Virus record (IMG/VR): IMGVR_UViG_3300035208_001992
Reading direction: 5' to 3' (one strand)
DNA length: 64,000 nt
Source of the DNA: a virus
Lineage: Duplodnaviria; Heunggongvirae; Uroviricota; Caudoviricetes
Part shown: positions 57,093-64,000 of the stretch, piece by piece
Position numbering within the stretch: position 1 is the stretch's first letter
How the letters are laid out: every line of letters begins with the position of its first letter
Translations under genes and position numbers: made by a program
Notes under the pieces: generated by a model
Database searches by the model: none
What the model was told of the DNA's origin: nothing
The model's input: only the letters and a program-made list of their open reading frames with translations

Positions 57093-57539
57093 TTATTTGC
57101 GCAAGCCAAGGCCAAGGCCAACGAGTGAAGCTGCGTTTTTCAATTTGCTCTTGACCGTTTTGGACCGTTTAAGAGCAGTATTGAGCCTTCTAGCTTCCTT
57201 AAGTTTAGAAAGCTGGTCGCCATAGCTAGCAGCCTGCTGATGCATCCAAAGGCCGCTGCGAAGACTGCGCAATGCATGCGCATGTCCCCACTTCTCGAAA
57301 GGAGACTTGGCCTTCTTGAATGCTGTGATGTGCTTCTTGATCGCGTTCTCGATGCTCTTGATTCGAACGAGCAGCGGAGCGATCGTGCCGTTAGCCGTCT
57401 TGAGTCCTTCAGCCGGAAGCGAAGCAAGCCATTTGATGTACTTCTTCTGCTTCGGCGAAAGGCTCTTGATCGGCAGTGGCTTGTCACTCACGTAGTCTTC
57501 AGGCTTTGCCGTTGTGGCTGCGGTGACGATGTCCATCAC
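57093..57539 (-). CDS. Basic Lys-rich hypothetical protein, 148 aa
   Basis: Coupled to the upstream gene (ATGA). Confidence 0.75.
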   Translation of the reverse strand: MMDIVTAATTAKPEDYVSDKPLPIKSLSPKQKKYIKWLASLPAEGLKTANGTIAPLLVRIKSIENAIKKHITAFKKAKSPFEKWGHAHALRSLRSGLWMHQQAASYGDQLSKLKEARRLNTALKRSKTVKSKLKNAASLVGLGLGLRK

Positions 57540-58321
57540 TTGCCCCTGACAAGCAGCTTGGCGAACGCAGGACCCTTAGTAATCGAGTAGTAGGCTTCAA
57601 GCTCTTGCCTGCGTGCCTCTTCAACCTTTGGGTTCAACGACAGCACCATGCGAATTGCCGGAGCATCCACAATGAACTGACGATCTTCAGCCAAGATCGA
57701 GACCTTGTCCTTGTCGATCTTCGTCACGTCGCCGCGGCGAAGTCCACCTTGCTCCGTATAGAACTCGACGAAGTCACCAACGTGGACTTCCACGTTAGCT
57801 GTGACGCCGGCTTCATTGAAGCGGATGGCTCCGTGCAGAGGACCTTGAGACGCGATTGCCGTGTTGAGAAGCGCTGGAAGATTCTCGCCGCGTGTGCACT
57901 TGAGATACTTCCGGCCGTCAGGTCCTTCAGCCACTTCCCAGTTCGCGTTGATCTGCTGATCCATGAACATCGTGTGCGACACGGCGATCATGTTTGCGCG
58001 CTCTTCGTATGGCAGCTTGAGCTCTTGTGGACGAACGATGACTGACAGACCATGCTTGCGCCCGTCAGTTGATGCATGTGTGCTCACAGTAGCGATCTCG
58101 GTATCGAGCTCGCCATTGAAGCGCTGTGTGGTGAACGCCACAATCTGATTTGCGTTTGGCGTGCCAAAACGTCCATCAAAGCCAATCATGATCTTGGCAG
58201 ATGACGCTGACACTGGCACGTAATCAGAAAGATACATGTCGGCGCGAGCGCCAGACTGTTCTTTGAGACGAGCCGAAAGCTGAGCACCGATGCGAGCGGT
58301 GACGCTATTCTTGTTTTGCAT
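57536..58321 (-). CDS. Probable virion protein with an SH3-like C-terminal domain, 261 aa
   Basis: VHVGDFVEFY...RGDVTKIDKDKVSI; downstream of the tube gene; GGAG RBS. Confidence 0.65.
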   Translation of the reverse strand: MQNKNSVTARIGAQLSARLKEQSGARADMYLSDYVPVSASSAKIMIGFDGRFGTPNANQIVAFTTQRFNGELDTEIATVSTHASTDGRKHGLSVIVRPQELKLPYEERANMIAVSHTMFMDQQINANWEVAEGPDGRKYLKCTRGENLPALLNTAIASQGPLHGAIRFNEAGVTANVEVHVGDFVEFYTEQGGLRRGDVTKIDKDKVSILAEDRQFIVDAPAIRMVLSLNPKVEEARRQELEAYYSITKGPAFAKLLVRGK

Positions 58322-58361
58322 TTGTTTTCTCCTGCCCTGAGGCTCTAGGTGTTAGAAATTA

Positions 58362-58940
58362 TCAGACCGTGACGAGTTGCGGATTGTACTGCAGCAAGAT
58401 GCGTGGCAAGTGCGCGAGTTCAATCTGCGCGGTCATGACGCCATCACCTTCAGCAGAGACTTCAGCTTCGCCATGCGATGTGATCCAGCATGACGGATAC
58501 TGCCAGAGCGTGTAGAGCTTCGAGTCGCCGTCGCCGCGGTAGAGGTATTCGTACAGCGTGATCGGCCAACGCATGTCCATGAGATCTCGGAACAGCTCTT
58601 TCGAACTGACGAGACCAAACACCTTTTCAGTCTCTTGTCCCCAAACTTCGAGGCGCGAGATTGAGATGGTGTAGCCTTCAGCGCGGCCTGGAATCAGGTC
58701 GACTGGACGGCCGTATGAGGTCGAGCTGATCTCATACTTGTGGATGGCTTGGCGTGTGCGCTGCTGAGGTGCCCAAGATTGCAGTCGACCAATGCGGTAG
58801 GTCTGACTATTGTACTCCACGGCGATGTCCATGCCATGGTAGATCTTGGTGCGTGGAAGCATCGACTCGTGGTTAGCGAAGTCGAGCTGCCTGACTCTGC
58901 TACCTTCGGGCGTGAAGGCGAACTGGTCGTTGAGAGCCAT
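58362..58940 (-). CDS. Tail tube protein, 192 aa
   Basis: Follows the sheath gene; RIGRLQSW, PVDLIPG, YTISISRLEVW and TLWQYPSCWITS tube-like pattern. Confidence 0.8.
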   Translation of the reverse strand: MALNDQFAFTPEGSRVRQLDFANHESMLPRTKIYHGMDIAVEYNSQTYRIGRLQSWAPQQRTRQAIHKYEISSTSYGRPVDLIPGRAEGYTISISRLEVWGQETEKVFGLVSSKELFRDLMDMRWPITLYEYLYRGDGDSKLYTLWQYPSCWITSHGEAEVSAEGDGVMTAQIELAHLPRILLQYNPQLVTV

Positions 58941-58946
58941 TCTGTG

Positions 58947-59426
58947 TCACTCCTTGTTCTTGTGGTGTTGAGCATCGGCGCGTGGCTTACGCGTATACGC
59001 GCCTAAGATCTTTGAACCGGCTATGAGCTTGGGCAGCCGAGATGATTGGAACTTGTCGAGTGGAACCCGATAAGCGCAAACCAACGTCGGCCCAGGAAGG
59101 ACCACCTCAATGAGATGGTCCTTATCCATGGGTGGAAGCCAGCCGAATCCACGTGTAGAGAGCGAGTTGCGGAAATCAGCAAGAACTGACTTCTGCTTCT
59201 CAACATCTGCTTCGACTTTCACGTGGATGTATGCTGACCGAAGCTTCTCCCGTGTGTACCGCGTCTTCTCTGCAGCCGCAGCTGGGATCTCTTTGACCCC
59301 AACTGCGCGTAGCAGCTCTAACGCGGTAGCAGTATGCCCGAGGTTGTCTAGGCCTCGGGCTACTTCAAACAGGTTCGGCTTTGGCGATGGTGATTTGAAA
59401 TCACTCATGGCTGCACCATTGCCCAT
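58947..59426 (-). CDS. Hypothetical protein, 159 aa
   Basis: Lies between sheath and tube; TAATG coupling. Confidence 0.65.
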   Translation of the reverse strand: MGNGAAMSDFKSPSPKPNLFEVARGLDNLGHTATALELLRAVGVKEIPAAAAEKTRYTREKLRSAYIHVKVEADVEKQKSVLADFRNSLSTRGFGWLPPMDKDHLIEVVLPGPTLVCAYRVPLDKFQSSRLPKLIAGSKILGAYTRKPRADAQHHKNKE

Positions 59427-62400
59427 TACGCGGCGATCGACTTGTTCACAGAGTAGAGACCGAAGAGCCTCTTCACTGCGAACCTGGTGTAGTAGGTGTA
59501 GTAGAAGTAGTACAGCGTCGGATCGTTCTCGTCGTTGTACACTTCCACGTCACCAGAGTTGATCGACCGCGCGTTGCCATTGTCGTCCTGGTAAGGAGCG
59601 ATGATGTTGCGGTTGACGAGGCCGATGAGCACCTGCATGATGCGCGCTGCGATTGTTGCAGTAGCATCACCGCGCGTGTTCGGAACCATGCCGACGACAG
59701 ACGCGTCAAGCTCGGAACGAACGATGCGTGTGACGTCTTGCTTCGTCCGCATTGGCAGGATTTCGTGGAACTCAGCACCGTAGTTGTCGACAGTCTGGTC
59801 TTCCTCGAACGTGTAGACTCCTGAACCTGCGTCGCTGAAGAAGATGACGCCTGCAGCGCCAAGCTTCTCGTTAGCCGAAACACCGAAGGTCTCGACGTAG
59901 TCGAAGCCATACATCTTCGACTTGAGCAGTGTGGTTGAGTAGTTCGGCGAACCAGCGACGCAAGCTGCGACTGCGCCAGCGACGAACGAGCCGTCGAGGG
60001 TCACAGACGAGATCGAGCCGTCACTCATCGTCATGGTCTTGCGCGCGAGGCGCGGTCCAACCATGATACGAGTGCCATGAGCGTATGACTTGCCGTAGAT
60101 CTGCAGCGTGCTCTTCGCCATGAAGACGATGGAGCCTGGAGTCGATGTGTCACCGATCGGTGTTCCAACTGGCGCGCCGAAGTACTGCTCGTGCTCGCGC
60201 TTGGCGAACGGATCACATGCCTTGACGTTGAACGCCAAGAACTTCGATGTGAACGCGTGCAACCGGATCGGAGTGAGGTCAGTGATGAAGCTGACTTCCT
60301 CACATGCGCTGAGCGCAGCGTCGATGTCCGCTGACGAGAAGACGCCGTCGTCGTCTGCATCTTCGATCTGAACTGTGGCGATTGCGAGAGGCGGGTTAGC
60401 CTGCCTGAACGCGATGTCAGCCATGATTGCCAGGTCGTTGTCAGCAGTGATGGGCTCGAGGAACTCACGCGCGGCATCAGGATCTGTGAAGACCTGAGGC
60501 TTGTTGTAGTACGATGCAGGCCGCTTGTAGTGACCTGTGATATAGTACGAACTGCCGAGAGCAGGCTCGTTGCCACGATGCTTATACGACACGGAAACAC
60601 CAGTGGTGAGCTCCGAGATGTCGGACACGTACAGACGCACGAACGATGTTCCGTCGATCAACTTGAAGGCCGTGGTTGCAACGCCACCGATCTTCACCAC
60701 GAGCGAATTTGCGTAAGGTGCATTCGTAAGCGAGAGATAGTAGGCGCCGAACGTGCCAGTCACTGAGCCATTGCGATCCGTGAGGACGTCGTTGCTCGTG
60801 AAGGCTTCAGTCGACTTCGAGTCCAGGCTCCAGAAGATGCGCTGGTTGTTCACGTGCTGCACCGAGAACTTGTCGCCGATCGCAAAGCGATTGACGCCAC
60901 TGGTGTTGCGCGCGGCCAAGCGGATTTGCCCTGGAAGCGTGAAGTACCCGTTCGTGTCAGCTGCAGCTTCGAGCGTACCGAATCCGCCTTCAGCAGTATT
61001 CGACTCGTAGATGATGCGCAGGTAGCGTGGGTCAACGACGTCAAGCGTGCTGAGACCAACCTTCTGGATGGTCAGCGACGTTGTGCGATCGTCGAGCGCT
61101 GTTGGGAACGAACGAGCGGCCTTGACTATGAACGTGAACTGGTCACCGACAGCGTAGTTCGACTTGCCGCCAGCAAAGCCGACGACTGAGATAGCCGTGC
61201 CGGTCTTCGTGATTGCGGTGTTGTGCGCGTTCGCTGGGCCTGTGCCGTTCTTCTTGTGCGTGAGCTTCACAGTCGAGCCAGAGACTTCGACGGTGAGTTG
61301 CAGCGCTGAAGAAGCGATGGCAGCAGCGAGGTTAGCCGCGGATGCAGCTGCTGTCGCACCAATGGCCACGGCAACGGATCCACCAGCGACACTTGCGTTG
61401 CTGTCGAATTCGAAGGTGACTGCAGTTGCCACAATGCCATCCGTGATTGTGACGGAGTTCGCGTCAGCTGGATTGGCGTTGATGTTGACTGTTGCACGCG
61501 CAGGAGCCGCAGCGCTTGTCGACAGACCGACCGTGATGCCACGGTAGAGTGAAGACTGAACGCCGTCCGTAAGGATTGCGAAGCCCGACGCGAAGTCGTC
61601 TCCAGCTGTTCCCCAAGCGATCGACACGCGGTCCGGGCTGCTCGTCGCGTCAGTGCCACCGGCAAAGCCGTACAACACGACGTCAGAGAGGCCGTTGGCG
61701 CCAGTGATTGTCGAATTTCCGTTCGACAGACTGTTGATGTCGTCAACCACCGAGACCTTCACGCTCGTGTTAGTGCCAGACTCGGAGATGCTGACGTTGC
61801 GACCAACGGTCGGAATGACGAGCAGACGGTCGGCAAGCACCAACACGGTTGCGTCGAGAGCGCTCTCGATCGCGGCTGCAGCTGCGGCGATGGTGTTGGC
61901 GACGCCTGCACCGATCGTAACAGAAACGTTCGTTCCTGCGACAGACGCGTCATCGTCGAATTCGAACACTGCAGCACCAGAGCCGACGTTCACAGTGAAC
62001 GTGTCTGCATCTGTGGGTTGAGCTGCGAACAACAGCTGTGCGCCGTGCTTCAGATCAACGCGTAGTGCATTCGACTCGTTGACTTCGGCAAGCATGCCGA
62101 GGCCAGCGTTGTTGACTGCTGCGATGAAGTTCGTGATCATGCCAGCAACGTTGACGATAGCGTCTGTGCCGCCAGCCATGCCGATGACTGTGACTGCTAC
62201 GCCGGCTGTCGAAGCATTGTCAGTGTTGACAACGATTGCAACGTTCGCAACCGAGCCAGCGACTTGAGCTGCCAGCGTGACCTTACCGACGTTGCCGTTG
62301 CCAGCAGATGCGTCAGTAGCAGTGATGCGCAGTGCAGATGCATTGATCGCCTTCACCAGGTTAGCGGCTGTGTTTGCCGACTGAGAACCACCAGTCGCGT

Positions 62401-63832
62401 CGATGAGCACGCGAACAGCACTTGGGATTGCGAGCTGGCCATCGCTGTCGAATTCGAAGGTGACCGTGCGAACGCCATCGGAGATTGCGAAAGCAACACC
62501 GTCTGCAGGCGTTTCAGTTGCGATGCCGCCGAACGTGATCGAGCCTGCACTTGGCGTGGCTGCAACGACTGGCTTGATGACCAGAGTCGAACCGACGATT
62601 GACTGGACGCCATCAGTGTCGAACTCGAATGTCTTCAACACGCGAGCTGCGCCGATGCGGCCGTTGTCGATGACGATGCCAGTGCCATCAGCAGGAGCTG
62701 TGGCGCCGAACTCGACGTAGCCAACTGGAAGCGTTGCAGAGACTGCGCCGTTGTCCACGTGAGTGATCTGAGCGCGCACCTTCAGGTTCGAGCTGCCAGC
62801 GTACTCGTCAGCACCAACAATCAGCGAACCGATTACGGCGTTGTCGAGATCAGGCGTGACTGCACCAGCTTCAGGGAACTGGTTAGTGTTGGAGATCGTT
62901 GGATCGATTTCGAGCAACGATGGGCCGTATGCGGAGAACGAGAACTTGTCTCCGACGAGGAATGCGCCGGTGAAGTTCAACCGAACGCTGAACTCGAGTG
63001 CCACGTTCTGCGTCTGTGCATCGGCTGAATCGACCACGAAGGTCGGAGCGTCGAGCGCGGACGAGATGGGCACTGCCACTGCACTGTCGTTGCCAGAGGA
63101 CAGCGGAGTCGCAGTCCAAGAGAACGTGTGCTGTGTGCCAGCAACTGCTGTGACTTCAAGCTTGTAGCCACGGCTGTAGTTGTGGTCGAACGCGGCGTAC
63201 GGGTCGAGCGCGACAGAGCCAGTTCCAGCGCCAGCGGTCTTGACAACAGGCGTGATAACCGATCCAGGATTTGCTTGCGCAACGATCGAGCCAGTGTCAT
63301 CGACAAGTGCTGCAGGAGGCAGCGTCTTCGTTTCGATGAAGAAGTCCTTGTTGCGCTCGTACTGATCGTGGTCGACCTGTGAGCCGATGAGCTTGATGAC
63401 GCGCAGGTCAGCGGTCTTAAGCTCGTCTCCAACTGCAGTGCTTGCACCTTGGTACGAGATAGTATAGGTCTCGCCCTGCAAGTAGGCTGCATCAGAGATG
63501 ATGACGGCATCATTCTCGGATGTGAAGAGCCATTGGTCAGCGCGCACTTCTGTTCCGTGACTGTCGACGAGGACAGCATTGTCCTTGGCGCCAGTTGTCG
63601 GGATCGCAAGCACAGCAGTGAACGGAGAAGACTTGCTGAATGCAAGTTCAACGTCGCTCAAGTAGCCACGAGTGTAACCTTCGTTGCGCACTTGCATGTA
63701 GCGGCTGCCGCGTCCAACATATGTAGGAACGCGAGTCTGTGGAGTGAGTGACACTCCACCGGGCTGCACGTCCTCGCCAATGTACGAGCCAGGAAGCACG
63801 TATGGCTTGTTCGTGGTGAGTCTATTAGGCAT
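59426..63832 (-). CDS. Contractile tail sheath protein with inserted repeat domains, 1468 aa
   Basis: N-terminal YVLPGSYI; sheath C-terminal domain (LDGSFVAGAVAA, GVIFF, DVTRIVRSEL, YYFYYTYYTRFAVKRL). Confidence 0.9.
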   Translation of the reverse strand: MPNRLTTNKPYVLPGSYIGEDVQPGGVSLTPQTRVPTYVGRGSRYMQVRNEGYTRGYLSDVELAFSKSSPFTAVLAIPTTGAKDNAVLVDSHGTEVRADQWLFTSENDAVIISDAAYLQGETYTISYQGASTAVGDELKTADLRVIKLIGSQVDHDQYERNKDFFIETKTLPPAALVDDTGSIVAQANPGSVITPVVKTAGAGTGSVALDPYAAFDHNYSRGYKLEVTAVAGTQHTFSWTATPLSSGNDSAVAVPISSALDAPTFVVDSADAQTQNVALEFSVRLNFTGAFLVGDKFSFSAYGPSLLEIDPTISNTNQFPEAGAVTPDLDNAVIGSLIVGADEYAGSSNLKVRAQITHVDNGAVSATLPVGYVEFGATAPADGTGIVIDNGRIGAARVLKTFEFDTDGVQSIVGSTLVIKPVVAATPSAGSITFGGIATETPADGVAFAISDGVRTVTFEFDSDGQLAIPSAVRVLIDATGGSQSANTAANLVKAINASALRITATDASAGNGNVGKVTLAAQVAGSVANVAIVVNTDNASTAGVAVTVIGMAGGTDAIVNVAGMITNFIAAVNNAGLGMLAEVNESNALRVDLKHGAQLLFAAQPTDADTFTVNVGSGAAVFEFDDDASVAGTNVSVTIGAGVANTIAAAAAAIESALDATVLVLADRLLVIPTVGRNVSISESGTNTSVKVSVVDDINSLSNGNSTITGANGLSDVVLYGFAGGTDATSSPDRVSIAWGTAGDDFASGFAILTDGVQSSLYRGITVGLSTSAAAPARATVNINANPADANSVTITDGIVATAVTFEFDSNASVAGGSVAVAIGATAAASAANLAAAIASSALQLTVEVSGSTVKLTHKKNGTGPANAHNTAITKTGTAISVVGFAGGKSNYAVGDQFTFIVKAARSFPTALDDRTTSLTIQKVGLSTLDVVDPRYLRIIYESNTAEGGFGTLEAAADTNGYFTLPGQIRLAARNTSGVNRFAIGDKFSVQHVNNQRIFWSLDSKSTEAFTSNDVLTDRNGSVTGTFGAYYLSLTNAPYANSLVVKIGGVATTAFKLIDGTSFVRLYVSDISELTTGVSVSYKHRGNEPALGSSYYITGHYKRPASYYNKPQVFTDPDAAREFLEPITADNDLAIMADIAFRQANPPLAIATVQIEDADDDGVFSSADIDAALSACEEVSFITDLTPIRLHAFTSKFLAFNVKACDPFAKREHEQYFGAPVGTPIGDTSTPGSIVFMAKSTLQIYGKSYAHGTRIMVGPRLARKTMTMSDGSISSVTLDGSFVAGAVAACVAGSPNYSTTLLKSKMYGFDYVETFGVSANEKLGAAGVIFFSDAGSGVYTFEEDQTVDNYGAEFHEILPMRTKQDVTRIVRSELDASVVGMVPNTRGDATATIAARIMQVLIGLVNRNIIAPYQDDNGNARSINSGDVEVYNDENDPTLYYFYYTYYTRFAVKRLFGLYSVNKSIAA
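61200..62730 (-). repeat. Four diverged protein repeats in the sheath, each with a (T/V)FEFD core
   Basis: FEF codons at 62621, 62450, 61958 and 61406, with shared PADG...DG and A..A.AI segments. Confidence 0.8.
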
Positions 63833-63903
63833 CTGATTCTCCCCAGGGGATTTCGATGAATGTCAACTTGGATTGACTTGAGAAATTTGATAATTTGGAA
63901 AAG

Positions 63904-64000
63904 TCAGTAAGCAACCTTAACGACTATTTCGGCGATGACTGTTGGTCTAACTCCACCACCTGGACTGTCGCCTGCTGTGCCATCAAGCACGCGTAGACTT
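63904..64000 (-). CDS. C-terminal fragment of a gene upstream of the sheath (partial)
   Basis: Open frame ...SLRVLDGTAGDSPGGGVRPTVIAEIVVKVAY* ending at 63904. Confidence 0.4.
   Translation of the reverse strand, partial: SLRVLDGTAGDSPGGGVRPTVIAEIVVKVAY

Noticed and set aside
56897-57121. 74-aa track ORF
   Set aside because: It crosses a strong terminator and has a weak start. The overlapping 30-aa ORF in another frame matches the class B leader and is preferred.
259-63751. Plus-strand ORFs in the supplied track
   Set aside because: They are antisense shadows of a fully tiled, coupled minus-strand gene set, with Ser/Arg/Leu-rich implausible products.
63840-63877. Palindromes TCCCCAGGGGA and GTCAA-N6-TTGAC upstream of the sheath gene
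   Set aside because: They are short and single-copy, and the first has a 1-nt loop; not enough to call an operator.
1-64000. CRISPR array or DNA repeat array as the explanation of the recurring TCGCCAGCAACGCG
   Set aside because: The copies are irregularly spaced, always in frame within genes and vary synonymously, so the constraint is on protein. No repeat-spacer periodicity was seen.
1-64000. tRNA, rRNA, integrase or transposase
   Set aside because: Intergenic gaps are short and I recognised no cloverleaf or recombinase/DDE motifs. A tRNAscan run would confirm.
1-64000. Major capsid protein or prohead protease for the motif system
   Set aside because: No HK97-fold or serine-protease signature was recognised. 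They are probably outside the window, so the cleavage hypothesis cannot be closed here.

Overview
Virion-morphogenesis region of a large (probably jumbo) contractile-tailed phage. Essentially every real gene is on the minus strand and genes are tightly coupled by ATGA/TAATG overlaps. Recognisable core genes are the tail sheath (1468 aa, with repeat inserts), tail tube, tail assembly chaperone pair, tape measure protein, large terminase, portal, a probable neck protein, a GNAT acetyltransferase and an HExxH protein. No major capsid protein, prohead protease, tRNA, CRISPR array or integrase was recognised. The dominant unexplained signal is a short peptide motif, [AGS]-R-[VITF]-[ASGN]-x-E (typically ARVAGE). 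By hand count it occurs about 46 times in 33 ORFs. It usually ends one of two N-terminal leader types, and it also recurs inside long ORFs, cutting them into ~110-130 aa modules. I infer a head-targeting and proteolytic-processing signal for a greatly expanded family of internal virion cargo proteins, some made as polyproteins. This is untested. The window also shows a well-formed -1 frameshift site (C CCT TTG) joining the two tail chaperone ORFs, a leader gene interrupted by TAA at codon 3, a leader-only mini-ORF, and several small ORFs absent from the supplied track. All calls come from reading the sequence; no database searches were run.
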